Source: Candidatus Bathyarchaeota archaeon (lineage in GTDB: Archaea > Thermoproteota > Bathyarchaeia > Bathyarchaeales > Bathycorpusculaceae). Taken from it: a stretch of 64,000 nt of DNA. Made by a program: the position numbers and the translations under genes. The DNA is taken from positions 64,001 to 128,000 of the forward strand of contig CAWGYA010000008.1 of NCBI GenBank assembly GCA_963826715.1. The letters run 5' to 3'. A model generated the notes under the pieces. It worked only from the letters and a program-made list of their open reading frames with translations. It was not told the DNA's origin and did no database searches. Positions 43,049 through 54,078 of this stretch are shown piece by piece. The first letter of the stretch is position 1. Each line of letters opens with the position of its first letter.

Positions 43049-44431
43049 CTAAGATTCAATGCGCTCCAACTTTTTTCCTTTGATCAATCTTGCAAGCAAT
43101 ATTATCAATAAAACAGAAAAAGCACTACCAATAATTCCAAGTGCCGTAATTCTCATCGCTTCAACAGCCCATATGGCATGAATAACACCGAGTATTGAAT
43201 TACTATACCAAGGTGCTAAAGACAAAAAGAAAAACGGAAAGGGACAATTCAAAACTGAATAAAGCAAAGCTAATGTTGATAAACCCCAGAAATAAATATT
43301 TTTTATTCGCCCGCCCACATATAGAATAATTAAGAAAGGTATTAACCACACAAAAAACTGCTCACAAATAATGCGATAACCAAGAAACAAAGCGAACAAT
43401 GGCAATAGCATTATCAAAGCTAAATCAAATGCTGACACTTGTCGAGAAAATTTTCCTATTTTCCAATACACCAGAATTAAAGAAGCAACAACCAAAAGGA
43501 TTGAAAAAAAAGATGCTGAGGAAACAAAACTATTTGTCACAGGCAAGTTCAATAGTCGATTCAACAAATAAACCGACCAATAAGTAAGACCAAAGCCTAA
43601 TGGATGATCAATCTGATTAGAAAGGGTGGATGAGGCCAAAAGATTCGGAGTAAAGAAGCTAGTAAAAAAACTTGCCATCACACTTAAGTACGGCAGGACA
43701 AGAAGAAACGAGGAAACAGTGAATATTGAAAAAAACTTTGTTGAGTTCTTCCATTTTTCATTATCTGCACCTGTTTTTATAATATAGAAAATCATTGGAA
43801 TCAGAAACAAAGCAGGATATAATTTGGAAGCGAACCCCAAACTTAAGCAAATAGCGGAAAAAGCGTACTTCTTTTTTAATATAAAGTAGAAAGCTGCAAA
43901 AGAAAACAAGGCCGGCATAGTATCCCACATGCCCCAACCCGCTGAAATCCAAATAACAAATGGGTTGAAAAACCATAAAATCGTAGCTTTTTCAGCAAGC
44001 CCCTTGCTGTTTGTTAGCTCCAGAACTATCTTGTAGAGTAGTAGAGCCAACGCTATGTCTGAAATTAAGAATGGAATCTTTACGACAAAATTGAAAAGCA
44101 GACCCGGAATATACTGTATATTGAAGGAAGGATAGAAATTCAGTTCCGCTGGTATCGAAGCCATGGGGATTGCGCTTGTGGATAAAACGCCTGAAAGCCA
44201 ATCGTAACTATAAGCGATTGGAACTAACATGTAATGGTACCATAATGGAGGAAACGCCTGAAGGCTAAAAGCGCCGTTTTTCAAAATGTTCTCAGAGATG
44301 TTATACCAAACGCTAACATCGAAAGGATGCGCTGAAATGGGCATCAAAATGAGTCTAACAATAACGCCTAAGACTAAGATTACCGCAAGTTTATGTCTTA
44401 AGACGAAGCAACGAAGTATTGTTAAATCCAC
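43049..44431 (-). CDS. GT-C glycosyltransferase, PIG-M/GT87-like (polyprenyl-P-sugar dependent)
   Basis: HPFDV, FPPLW, KIPFLISD, FFNPFVIWISAGWGMWD and KLYP; about 11 TM. Confidence 0.72.
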   Translation of the reverse strand: MDLTILRCFVLRHKLAVILVLGVIVRLILMPISAHPFDVSVWYNISENILKNGAFSLQAFPPLWYHYMLVPIAYSYDWLSGVLSTSAIPMASIPAELNFYPSFNIQYIPGLLFNFVVKIPFLISDIALALLLYKIVLELTNSKGLAEKATILWFFNPFVIWISAGWGMWDTMPALFSFAAFYFILKKKYAFSAICLSLGFASKLYPALFLIPMIFYIIKTGADNEKWKNSTKFFSIFTVSSFLLVLPYLSVMASFFTSFFTPNLLASSTLSNQIDHPLGFGLTYWSVYLLNRLLNLPVTNSFVSSASFFSILLVVASLILVYWKIGKFSRQVSAFDLALIMLLPLFALFLGYRIICEQFFVWLIPFLIILYVGGRIKNIYFWGLSTLALLYSVLNCPFPFFFLSLAPWYSNSILGVIHAIWAVEAMRITALGIIGSAFSVLLIILLARLIKGKKLERIES

Positions 44432-44604
44432 AGTTAGGCGCTCACTTTTGCATTAGTAGGTAAGTATTTGTATATATAGCGATTCTTCGCTCACGACACT
44501 TTATGGAACATGATAGAAGATTCTAACACATGTTGGGGTTATACTTAATCAGAATATTGAGCATCCCACTAAGCAACGTTACGGATGGCATCACAAATCC
44601 CAGA

Positions 44605-44745
44605 TTAGTCATCGAGAGCTTCAATCATTTCTTTATCGCAGCACCAGGGTGCTTTTTCCACGTTTCGTTTAACGTCGCCAGTGCAGCTGAGTTCAAATTC
44701 AGAGCGGACTTTGCGATGACACACGGTACATTCAAATGTTGGCAT
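44605..44745 (-). CDS. 46-aa Cys-rich metal-binding microprotein (desulforedoxin/zinc-ribbon-like), absent from the ORF track
   Basis: MPTFECTVCHRKVRSEFELSCTGDVKRNVEKAPWCCDKEMIEALDD; CxxC...PxCCxxxM pattern. Confidence 0.7.
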   Translation of the reverse strand: MPTFECTVCHRKVRSEFELSCTGDVKRNVEKAPWCCDKEMIEALDD

Positions 44746-45172
44746 TATCATCTAGAAAACAAGAGAGACCCCACATAATATAATTTTTTTGTAAAAACAC
44801 TGCGTTAGGAAGTTGAGAGATAGATTAACTTAAAGGCAAACAAATTCAGGAAGAGAGAGAGGGGGGAACAAGATGCCTGCCTTTAAGCTAACCTTTCACA
44901 ATTATCTATTAAGCGCCATTGAAGCATAAATAATAATGTGACTGTACTACGACAGCAACAACTCGGATCGCAGCCACAAATTAAAATGCGCAAAGCGTAA
45001 ATTTTATTGAGTTCTGAAAATTTTGCTAAAATAGCTGTATTGCGCCAACTAAAAAAGAGCCCACATGAATTTTTTGGCACAAAACGCTACCGATTGATTG
45101 CTCTTAGCCCCGAAATAGGAAAACCCTTTAAAACCATCCATTAACTTTAGGAGCTGAAAGGTAGCACGTGGA

Positions 45173-46108
45173 ATGGCTGAGAAAAAAGAACATAAGAAGG
45201 CAGGGTTTGATTACCGATCCTCACGGTTCTTCTCATTGCTTTTTCCAGCATTATATCTAATCGCAATCGGGATCTTCAGCTTAATCTATCATATTATTCC
45301 GGGTCCTGAATTTCTAATTTTAGCCTTCCTCATCTACGCCGCCTATAACCAAAGAACCTGGCGATTCCTCAAAGACTGGCTACCCTTCATTACAATCTTT
45401 GTCTCCTACGAAATCATGTACGGAATCGTGGGCGCAATCTCGGCAAGCAACCTGCAGTCCGGTCCATTTAATCTTGAAATGGGATTATTCGGAGGCCAAA
45501 TTCCCAGCCTAATTTTGCAGCAAACCATCCATTTGCCCGTTTTAGATTACATGGGCGCCTTCTTCTATTCGCTTCACTTTTTTGCACCTACCATTTTTGC
45601 CTTTGTTCTTTGGAAAGTTAGCCCGCCTAATTATTGGAAATACACAGTTGCCTTTGGTATATGCACTTACGCTGCCCTGATCACTTTTCTATTTTATCCT
45701 GTTGCGCCCCCATGGATAGAGCTTAACTCAACCTACAATTTAGCTTATGCAGGACCTAATGTATCGAGGATTTTGACAGATTCCGTAGATGCAAATCTAG
45801 GCATACCTGTGTACAGGACGCTTTTTGATTTTCTTAGCCCAAATCAATATGCAGCTTTCCCCAGTATGCACTCCGCCTTACCCTTTCTAATTTCCCTCTT
45901 CGCCATAAAAATCTGGAAAATCAAAGCCCTACCCATCCTGATTTTCCCGATCGGTGTCTGGTTCAGCGCCGTTTATCTAGGCGAGCACTATGTAGTGGAT
46001 GTTTTAGGAGGCATTGCCTATGCTGTTTTGGCGTTTATAATTGTAGAGAAAGTTTTACCGATACTCTCCAGAAAAAGTGGCATCCTTAGAAAACATTGCG
46101 TCACCTAA
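45173..46108 (+). CDS. PAP2 superfamily, Aur1/Ipt1 (inositol phosphorylceramide synthase)-like membrane phosphotransferase
   Basis: YSLHF, YPVAPPW, AAFPSMH and YLGEHYVVDV. Confidence 0.82.
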   Translation: MAEKKEHKKAGFDYRSSRFFSLLFPALYLIAIGIFSLIYHIIPGPEFLILAFLIYAAYNQRTWRFLKDWLPFITIFVSYEIMYGIVGAISASNLQSGPFNLEMGLFGGQIPSLILQQTIHLPVLDYMGAFFYSLHFFAPTIFAFVLWKVSPPNYWKYTVAFGICTYAALITFLFYPVAPPWIELNSTYNLAYAGPNVSRILTDSVDANLGIPVYRTLFDFLSPNQYAAFPSMHSALPFLISLFAIKIWKIKALPILIFPIGVWFSAVYLGEHYVVDVLGGIAYAVLAFIIVEKVLPILSRKSGILRKHCVT

Positions 46109-46218
46109 AATTGAGGAAGCACTTTACCTGCCTACCGGCAAGGGGGCTTGCCCAAATAAGGGGTTATTGAACAATAAAATATGCGAATTCTTAGGCAGAC
46201 TCATATCTTGACTGGAAC

Positions 46219-46599
<381 letters not shown>

Positions 46600-46637
46600 C
46601 TATTAACTTTTTCTTGTTTTAATACATCTTCTCTTGA

Positions 46638-46793
46638 TTAAGAAGATAATTCGATAGTTTCCCCAATTTCTAAGGCTTTGCCTTTGAGAGCATCGAGATC
46701 TTGGCGAATTTTCTGAAGCTCAACTTTTGAGGCTTCCTCGATAGCTTTAATAAATTTCTGGTAGTCCGCTTCTATTTTCTCTGAAGCCACCAT
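46638..46793 (-). CDS. 51-aa charged helical protein in the ATPase operon (possible small stalk or epsilon-like subunit), absent from the ORF track
   Basis: MVASEKIEADYQKFIKAIEEASKVELQKIRQDLDALKGKALEIGETIELSS; GGTGA SD just upstream of the ATG. Confidence 0.7.
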   Translation of the reverse strand: MVASEKIEADYQKFIKAIEEASKVELQKIRQDLDALKGKALEIGETIELSS

Positions 46794-46805
46794 TTAAATC
46801 ACCAA

Positions 46806-47261
46806 TTATTTTACAACCAGCACAGGACAACTTGAATACTCAATCACCCGTTCAGCGACACTGCCCAACAATATTCGCTCAGCTCCCCTATACCCATACG
46901 TTCCCATTACAATAAGATCCATGTTTAAGCCTTTAGCCAAATTTACGATCTGCTCAAATGGTCGACCTTTTGCAACCATTGAAGAGGCTTTTACACCCTC
47001 CTTCTCTGCTAAACCCAAAATATAGTTTACGTCGCGTTGTCCATCCATTTTAAGTTCCCGCTCCACTATCTCGCGTTGGGTTGAATCGGAGAATTTATCG
47101 ATAACAACTTCATCCATAACGTAGACAACAAAAATCTCTGCATCATGAGTTTTAGCGATACTTATGGCGTATTCTGCGGCGTGATTGCTGTGATCGGACC
47201 CATCGGTGGGAACTAATATTTTCTCTATCGTTTCAGAACTAAACTTTTTCATTTGAAACAA
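46806..47261 (-). CDS. Universal stress protein (UspA family)
   Basis: KILVPTDGS and DLIVMGTYGYRGAERILLGSVAERV. Confidence 0.93.
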   Translation of the reverse strand: MFQMKKFSSETIEKILVPTDGSDHSNHAAEYAISIAKTHDAEIFVVYVMDEVVIDKFSDSTQREIVERELKMDGQRDVNYILGLAEKEGVKASSMVAKGRPFEQIVNLAKGLNMDLIVMGTYGYRGAERILLGSVAERVIEYSSCPVLVVK

Positions 47262-47895
47262 GCTCCTCTTGGTGACCTTTGATTAGAGTTTTAATTCGTT
47301 TGGTCCGCACGAATTCTTCGCGTTCCTTTTCTTCCAATACCAATTCAATCTGTTTAGCCGTCTTGCGGAACCGCGGAATAAGAACATGATTTAATGCGTT
47401 GACTCGCCGCTGGGTTCTCTTGACGTCGTTGGCTATCTGAAAAGTGGTTCCTTCAGCTTTTGCCAAATTCGCCAGCAGTTTTATCACGGTATGGAATTCT
47501 TTGAAGGCATGATCTAATTCCGCATTGGTGTTGACAAAACCATAGTCAGGTTTAACACCGGTTTCATCCTCGAGAGTCACCACCGGGACCGTCACGCCCA
47601 TGATACTACGATAATCAATCATGTACTCAGCCTTGTTGCTGGATCCTAACGCTACGTTAGCGATGGTTTCAGAACCCTTAGCCATTATGGCTTCCCGCAG
47701 ACTTAAGTAAGCCTTCGCCAGCGCCTCTAACAGATCTTCGCGGGTTTTTTCAGCATCAAAAATACTGTTACGCAACTCGCGTAGCAAAATATCCCGTTTG
47801 CGTTCCAGAACCTCTCGTCCAGATTCTGCTAGGCTTAACGTTTTTTTGGTTTGTATGAGGTTGATTCTTGTGGGGCTGATGTTGTCTTGTGACAT
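47239..47895 (-). CDS. atpD: A/V-type ATP synthase subunit D
   Basis: PTRINL, LERKRDIL, TQRRVNAL and LEEKEREEF. Confidence 0.95.
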   Translation of the reverse strand: MSQDNISPTRINLIQTKKTLSLAESGREVLERKRDILLRELRNSIFDAEKTREDLLEALAKAYLSLREAIMAKGSETIANVALGSSNKAEYMIDYRSIMGVTVPVVTLEDETGVKPDYGFVNTNAELDHAFKEFHTVIKLLANLAKAEGTTFQIANDVKRTQRRVNALNHVLIPRFRKTAKQIELVLEEKEREEFVRTKRIKTLIKGHQEELVSNEKV

Positions 47896-47899
47896 ACGT

Positions 47900-49297
47900 C
47901 TACTTTACCTCAACATCCACTTTAGGCATGTAGCTGTTAATGTATTCGGGTTTGATGCTGGTTAATTCTTGTTCAGGCAAATCAGAGAGCACATCCCAAG
48001 CTATCGAGAGTGTTTCTTCGATTGTTCGATTCTCAAGTTTACCTTGGTTGATGAGTGTTTTCTCAAAGTGATCGCCAAAACGCAGATACTCTTTTTCTCG
48101 GCTACCTAATCCTTCCTCTCCGATTATAGTAACCAATGACTTCACTGAATTATACTGTGCATATGCCGAGTAAAGTTGGCTGGCAACATTGGCATGGTCT
48201 TCACGGGTACTACCCTTGCCTATACCATCCTTCATCAATCGCGAGAGACTAGTGGAGATATAAATCGGCGGATATATCCCCTGTTTCTCCATTGAACGAG
48301 AAAGAACAATCTGCCCCTCGGTAATGTAACCAGTTAAGTCGGGAATAGGGTGGGTGATATCGTCATTTGGCATGGTCAAAATTGGCATCTGAGTGATAGA
48401 GCCGCGTTTGCCAATGATTCTACCCGCTCGCTCGTAAATGCTGGCAAGGTCACTATACATGTAGCCGGGGTAGCCTTTGCGACTGGGCACTTCCTCCATG
48501 GAGGAGCTGACTTCCCTCAGTGCCTCACAATAGTTAGTCATGTCAGTCATAACGACAAGCACGTGGGATTCTTGATCAAACGCCAAATACTCGGCCAAAG
48601 TCAAACCAGCGCGCGGAGTAATAATACGCTCCACAGGCGGATCTTCGGCTAAGTTAAGGAACATCGCAACGTTTTTGATTGCCCCTGTCTCCTCGAAGCT
48701 CTTCTGAAAAAACGCTGCATCATCATGCGCCAATCCCATGGCAATGAAGATAATGTTAAAGGGTTCACCACCGCTGCGAATCTGAGCCTGACGTACGATC
48801 TGAGCAGCTAACTCATTGTGAGATAATCCTGGTCCACTAAAAACTGGGAGTTTCTGTCCACGAACAAGGCTTGTTAAGCCGTCGATTGCTGATATTCCTG
48901 TCTGGATAAAGTCTTTGGGGTACTCGCGAGCGTTTGGATTAATTGGAAAACCATTGACATCCCGTTTCTCTTCTGTGAAGAATCGAGGGTGACCATCAAT
49001 GGGGTCGCCGAAGCTATTCATAACACGTCCTAGCATCTCCGTGGACACAGGAACTTCAAGGGGCTTGCCTAAGAAACGGGTGCGAGTCTGGGAAAGCGAG
49101 ATCCCGGTGGTGCCTTCGAAAACCTGCACGGTTACAGCTTTCTTAGTGACTTGAATGACTTTGCCGAGTCTGATTTCACCGTTTTGCATTTTTACAGAAA
49201 CCAATTCGTCGAAGCCGACTTGTTTCACGTTTTCGACGACAATGATAGGCCCTGAAATTGAAGCTATGCCCTTATATTCTAAACCTATGCTTGCCAT
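47900..49297 (-). CDS. atpB: A/V-type ATP synthase subunit B
   Basis: [28 protein letters not shown] and [14 protein letters not shown]. Confidence 0.97.
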   Translation of the reverse strand: MASIGLEYKGIASISGPIIVVENVKQVGFDELVSVKMQNGEIRLGKVIQVTKKAVTVQVFEGTTGISLSQTRTRFLGKPLEVPVSTEMLGRVMNSFGDPIDGHPRFFTEEKRDVNGFPINPNAREYPKDFIQTGISAIDGLTSLVRGQKLPVFSGPGLSHNELAAQIVRQAQIRSGGEPFNIIFIAMGLAHDDAAFFQKSFEETGAIKNVAMFLNLAEDPPVERIITPRAGLTLAEYLAFDQESHVLVVMTDMTNYCEALREVSSSMEEVPSRKGYPGYMYSDLASIYERAGRIIGKRGSITQMPILTMPNDDITHPIPDLTGYITEGQIVLSRSMEKQGIYPPIYISTSLSRLMKDGIGKGSTREDHANVASQLYSAYAQYNSVKSLVTIIGEEGLGSREKEYLRFGDHFEKTLINQGKLENRTIEETLSIAWDVLSDLPEQELTSIKPEYINSYMPKVDVEVK

Positions 49298-49302
49298 AGA
49301 AA

Positions 49303-51072
49303 TTACCTCAAACTTGCCTCCAGTCCATCAAAGTTTTCATACATGCGCTTCTCTAAATTATCCAACTTCTCAACTTGGTCGTTGGGAATAGCGGTTTTCA
49401 TACGCATGATTTCTTCCATAATGGGTAACTCGGTGACTTTGAAGATGGGGGCACCTTTGCTGACGACGTTTTCGGCTAGTCGATGGAAGTCCACGATTAT
49501 TTTTAGCATCTTAAACTGCTTTTGAGGGCTACAATAGGTGTCTATTGAGTCAAGAGCATTCTGCTGGAGCAGTGCGATACGGATAATGCGTGCAATCTCC
49601 AATATCAACCGCTGCTTGTCAGGTAACGCTTCAGGACCAACCAGTTTCACGATGTTTTTAAGCTCATCCTCCGACTGCAAGATACGAATAGCTTCTTCAC
49701 GATAGCTGTTCCATTTCTCATCGACATTCTTGTGCCACCAGCCGGAAACGTCAGCGATATAGCCACTGTAGCTCTGCATCCAATTAATTGATGGATAGTG
49801 ACGCGCATCCGCTAACTCCGCATCAAGCGCCCAGAAAACCCGCGTAAAACGCTTAGTATGTTGAGTAACAGGTTCCGAGAAATCGCCTCCGGGTGGAGAA
49901 ACAGCGCCAATAGCACAAATTGAGCCCATCCGTTTATCTGAGCCTAAAGCTTCAACGACGCCTGTGCGTTCATAGAACTCAGCGAGACGAGAGGGCAGAT
50001 AACTTGGGAAGCCTTCTTCCGCTGGCATCTCTTCAAGTCGACCAGACACTTCTCTTAGCGCCTCTGCCCATCTGCTAGTGGAATCCGCCATTAACGCTAC
50101 AGCGTATCCCATATCGCGAAAGTACTCTGCAATGGCTATTCCTGTATAGATGCTGGCTTCACGGGCTGAGACGGGCATGTTGCTTGTATTTGCAATTAGA
50201 ATCGTGCGTTCCATCAGTGGGTGACCTGTAGTTGGATCAATTAGTTTAGGGAAACTATCTAGGACATCGACCATTTCGTTACCACGTTCTCCACAGCCCA
50301 CATAAATGACTATATTAGCATCAGACCACTTCGCAAGCTGCTGCTGAGTAACAGTTTTCCCTGCACCGAATGGTCCAGGGATAGCTGCAGATCCACCTTT
50401 GGCAATGGGGAAAAAAGTGTCGATTACACGCTGACCTGTGATGAGCGGAGTAAATGCAAAGAGACGTTTGCTATGCGGACGTGGTTTTCTAATCGGCCAT
50501 TTCTGCATCATCTGCAAATCAGTTTTGACACCATTATTCTCTAAGGTGGCAATATTGTCGATAACAGTATATTGACCCTGGACGACAATTTTGATAACCT
50601 TACCCGAGACGCCTATAGGAACCAAGATACGGTGCTCAACTATGTCGGTTTCCTGAACTGTTCCAAGGATGTCTCCGCCTACAACTTTGTCGCCTACTTT
50701 TACTTTGGGATTAAAAAGCCATGTTTTGGTTCTACTTAGCGCGGTTACACCTTTAGCTTGCTTAATGAAAGCACCGGTTAGTTCCCGTAGAGTTTCAAGA
50801 GGACGTTGTATCCCATCGAAAGTGTTACCCAGCAAGCCAGGTCCAAGTTCCACAGAAAGGGGACTGCCTGTTCCCATTACAGGTTCGTCGAGTTTTAATC
50901 CTGTTGTGTTCTGGTAAACTTGGATGGTTGCATATTCAGCTTCGAGGCGGATGATTTCCCCGATTAAGCCTTCGTGACCAACCTCGACCATTTCGTGCAT
51001 GACTGCTTCAGACATGTCTTTGGCTTCAACAACTGGGCCTGCAACTCTTATGACACTGCCTTTTCCAGTCAC
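49303..51072 (-). CDS. atpA: A/V-type ATP synthase catalytic subunit A (no intein)
   Basis: P-loop [16 protein letters not shown] and [12 protein letters not shown]; likely GTG start at 51072 just after the E stop. Confidence 0.97.
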   Translation of the reverse strand: MTGKGSVIRVAGPVVEAKDMSEAVMHEMVEVGHEGLIGEIIRLEAEYATIQVYQNTTGLKLDEPVMGTGSPLSVELGPGLLGNTFDGIQRPLETLRELTGAFIKQAKGVTALSRTKTWLFNPKVKVGDKVVGGDILGTVQETDIVEHRILVPIGVSGKVIKIVVQGQYTVIDNIATLENNGVKTDLQMMQKWPIRKPRPHSKRLFAFTPLITGQRVIDTFFPIAKGGSAAIPGPFGAGKTVTQQQLAKWSDANIVIYVGCGERGNEMVDVLDSFPKLIDPTTGHPLMERTILIANTSNMPVSAREASIYTGIAIAEYFRDMGYAVALMADSTSRWAEALREVSGRLEEMPAEEGFPSYLPSRLAEFYERTGVVEALGSDKRMGSICAIGAVSPPGGDFSEPVTQHTKRFTRVFWALDAELADARHYPSINWMQSYSGYIADVSGWWHKNVDEKWNSYREEAIRILQSEDELKNIVKLVGPEALPDKQRLILEIARIIRIALLQQNALDSIDTYCSPQKQFKMLKIIVDFHRLAENVVSKGAPIFKVTELPIMEEIMRMKTAIPNDQVEKLDNLEKRMYENFDGLEASLR

Positions 51073-51073
51073 T

Positions 51074-51691
51074 TTAGGACGCCCCGAAAAGTTGTTTTGC
51101 GACAATTACTCGAAGTCTTGGTGTGAGTTCAGTGAGTCTGTAGTCGAAGGTGGCATCGTAAATTTTTTTCCCATCGTTCGTCTGAATTCTACAGCCGCCG
51201 ATGAAGTTTTCTGTTTCGTTTGATAATTCGAGTTTGGTATGTGATTTCGTGGATATTTTTTTGAGCATGCTAGGTGTTAACCAACCTTTATCTTTAACGT
51301 TAACTTGGACAATAAGGTTCTCTTGACCCATTTTTCCAGCAACATTCTCAATGAGATTTAAAAGATAATTTGGGTACTCAGTGCTGCGCACAAACTCTTT
51401 GAGCTTATCAGTTGCCTTCTCAAAAGTAGCATCAACTAACTCTTCTTTAGTTTGCAGTAGGCGGTTACGTACCTCAACTTCGGCGATAGAGCCAATTTTG
51501 CGTTTCTCAGCTTCCGCCTTTTCGTTTGCATTCACGATTATTGAGCGCAAGGATGCTCTGGATTTATCTTTGGCTGCTCTAAGGGTTTCTTTAGCTTCGT
51601 TTTCAGCAGCCAAAATTAGGGCTTCAGCCTCTTTTTGCACGTCGCCTACAACTTCGTTTGCAATAGCGGCAATTCCAGTTTTAACGCTCAT
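51074..51691 (-). CDS. atpE: A/V-type ATP synthase subunit E
   Basis: N-terminal coiled coil, IGGCRI...YDATFDYRL; operon position. Confidence 0.9.
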   Translation of the reverse strand: MSVKTGIAAIANEVVGDVQKEAEALILAAENEAKETLRAAKDKSRASLRSIIVNANEKAEAEKRKIGSIAEVEVRNRLLQTKEELVDATFEKATDKLKEFVRSTEYPNYLLNLIENVAGKMGQENLIVQVNVKDKGWLTPSMLKKISTKSHTKLELSNETENFIGGCRIQTNDGKKIYDATFDYRLTELTPRLRVIVAKQLFGAS

Positions 51692-51703
51692 ACAGGTGAT
51701 CTC

Positions 51704-52012
51704 TCAAATTTTTATACTTAAGATTTTACTAATGGTATCTGAAAGTTTAACATTGTCTTTTGCACCTCTGCTGCCTGGTAACTCAACAATCATAGGGGTG
51801 ACACGTTCCTGGCGCACTTTATCAACTTGTGCTTGAACTGACGGTTCAGAGGCAAAAATATCACTTAGAATAATTATAGCTATATCACTGCGCGCAAGAG
51901 CTCGGTTTAGAGCTTTAATCGCTTCAGTAGCTGTATTGGCTTCTTCGCCTTCGACGCCGACCAGTCGGAAACCCGTTAGCATGTCACCGTCGCCTATCAC
52001 GTAGCCAATCAT
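51704..52012 (-). CDS. atpF: A/V-type ATP synthase subunit F
   Basis: VIGDGDMLTGFRLVGV and PMIVELP; GGTGA SD. Confidence 0.93.
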   Translation of the reverse strand: MIGYVIGDGDMLTGFRLVGVEGEEANTATEAIKALNRALARSDIAIIILSDIFASEPSVQAQVDKVRQERVTPMIVELPGSRGAKDNVKLSDTISKILSIKI

Positions 52013-52068
52013 GCCGTCACCAAATATAACTTTAAATGCTTGTTGGTAAGTTCAAAATACTGTTAAAT

Positions 52069-54078
52069 ATGTTGCGACCCGAAAGAATGACTTCGGCATC
52101 TATTATATGTGTAAAAAAAGATGTCGAATCAGTCCTTGAAACGCTAAGTTTCTTCGGTGAATTTCATATTGAGCAGTCTCCACAAGACGAAGTAAACTTA
52201 AGGGTCTATAATCAGAGCATCCAGATTGTTGAGGAAAGTCTGCTTGATCTAACCTATCTCTCTAGTCAACTCGTCAAAGAAAAAACGGGTTTATTTGATA
52301 TTTTCAAGTTGAAACAACCTATCACAGTTAATGTAACTGCGGATAACTGGCGAAGCCTCCTCGGAAATACAAACCAAAACATACGAACGTTGAAAAAAGA
52401 AATTGAAGGCTTAAACACCTCACTAAAAAGCCTTAAAGAGAAAGCCTCAGATTTAATGCTCCTCAAAGATATGCTCTCCACGATACAAGATATGGGCATA
52501 GACCTTGCAACCATGGGCAAGTTCAAATTGGTTCATGTCGAAATTGCAAGGCTTCCTAAAAAAAATTTTGAGCCATTTGAAATGTCCCTTGCCCAACTAC
52601 CGTTGAATGTGCATACGTGCCCATTAGTGGGAGATTTTGTTTTCGTCTGCTTAGCTATGCCAACCAAGCATCAAGAAGAAGTTGAGAAAATCCTGCATAC
52701 ATATCACGCTGAGATTTTCCAGCTTCCCCCCGAGTTGCCAGCGAACGCAGTCAAAGCATTAAAGCAGGTTAAGAATCTCCTGAACGAGAATGAAGAGAAA
52801 CAAAAAGAACTTAAGGGCAAATTTGATAAGCTGGAAGAAGAAAACAGAAGCAACTTCTTTGCTTGGAAAGAAACCTCAGAGAATATTCTAGCGTTGCTTA
52901 ATGCTGAGAAAAAGATTCTTCAATCAGGGAGGCTTGCAACCATCAAAGGTTTTGTGCCTCAGGATAAGTTTGGGGATCTTAGCCAAGCCGTTCATGGAAA
53001 AGTGGAAGATAAAGCACTAATTTTACCTAACGATACACTTGAAAACGCTGATACCCCAACCAAAATTACGCATAACCGATTTGTTAAGCCCTTCGAAGAG
53101 CTAACTAAACTTTATGGGCTACCAAAATATGAGGAAGTTGACCCGACCCCCTTCCTCGCAATCACGTTTCCGATTATCTTTGGGTTAATGTTCGGCGATT
53201 TGGGACATGGTTTAGTGCTTTTACTTGGAGGAGTAATAGTTGGCAGCCTGATCAAAGGAAACCAAGGTATGAAAAACGTCTGCTGGATCATCGCTGCCTG
53301 CGGCATCGGGGCGATAGGAGCGGGTTTACTTTTCGGCGAATTCTTCGGTACGGAGCTTCCTTGGGGACCACTCTGGTTTAGTCCATTTAGCCCGACTGGA
53401 AATGTATTCAACTTTTTAATATTCAGCCTTTTCGTTGGCATTGTGCAAATCGTTAGCGGCTTAATCATCGAAATGGTAAATTACGCATTAAAACATGAGT
53501 ACGCAGATGCATTTCTGACATCGGTGCCTAAAATTGCATTTTACATGGGCGGCATTTATTTGATTGCAACATACCAACTTGATTTTGCAGCTTGGCTATC
53601 TGGACCTATCCTGGCGCCTATAATCCCATTCATAGTCATGGTTGCAGGTAAACCACTATATCTAATGGCAGCAAAACCAGCTGGGCAACACAAAAATGAG
53701 CATGCCGAACAAGATACCATAATAGGAAGACTCTTTGAGGGAGGAGACTTCTTCACGCGCTTGCTAAGCAATACCATATCGTATAGCCGTATCCTCGCGT
53801 TGCTAATGGCGCATTGGGCACTACTCTTGGTAGTTTATCAAGTCTCAGGTTTAGTTGAGGGATTGGGAATCCTCGGATTAGTATTAAGCGGAGTAGTTGT
53901 TGTCTTCGGCAACATATTTGTGCTCGCATTAGAGGGCCTAATAGTTTTCATTCACACTCTAAGACTTCACTTCTATGAGTGGTTCAGCAAATTCTATGCA
54001 GGGACTGGAACAGAATTCCAAGCATTCAAACAGAAATTCGTCTACACAAAACTGTCGATGAAAGAAAATAAGGACTAA
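52069..54078 (+). CDS. atpI: A/V-type ATP synthase subunit I (a), on the opposite strand to all other atp genes
   Basis: MLRPERM start; YGLPKYEEVDPT, FGLMFGDLGHG, NTISYSRILAL (essential Arg) and HTLRLHFYEWFSKFY; track start is 52036. Confidence 0.95.
   Translation: MLRPERMTSASIICVKKDVESVLETLSFFGEFHIEQSPQDEVNLRVYNQSIQIVEESLLDLTYLSSQLVKEKTGLFDIFKLKQPITVNVTADNWRSLLGNTNQNIRTLKKEIEGLNTSLKSLKEKASDLMLLKDMLSTIQDMGIDLATMGKFKLVHVEIARLPKKNFEPFEMSLAQLPLNVHTCPLVGDFVFVCLAMPTKHQEEVEKILHTYHAEIFQLPPELPANAVKALKQVKNLLNENEEKQKELKGKFDKLEEENRSNFFAWKETSENILALLNAEKKILQSGRLATIKGFVPQDKFGDLSQAVHGKVEDKALILPNDTLENADTPTKITHNRFVKPFEELTKLYGLPKYEEVDPTPFLAITFPIIFGLMFGDLGHGLVLLLGGVIVGSLIKGNQGMKNVCWIIAACGIGAIGAGLLFGEFFGTELPWGPLWFSPFSPTGNVFNFLIFSLFVGIVQIVSGLIIEMVNYALKHEYADAFLTSVPKIAFYMGGIYLIATYQLDFAAWLSGPILAPIIPFIVMVAGKPLYLMAAKPAGQHKNEHAEQDTIIGRLFEGGDFFTRLLSNTISYSRILALLMAHWALLLVVYQVSGLVEGLGILGLVLSGVVVVFGNIFVLALEGLIVFIHTLRLHFYEWFSKFYAGTGTEFQAFKQKFVYTKLSMKENKD

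Noticed and set aside
44530-45080. Track ORFs 44530..44778 (+) and 44883..45080 (-)
   Set aside because: The first is antisense to the better-supported Cys microprotein; the second has no recognisable motif or start signals
52013-54078. atpI as a recombinase-driven invertible switch
   Set aside because: No inverted repeats at the junctions and no recombinase nearby; the right junction is an overlap of two stop codons
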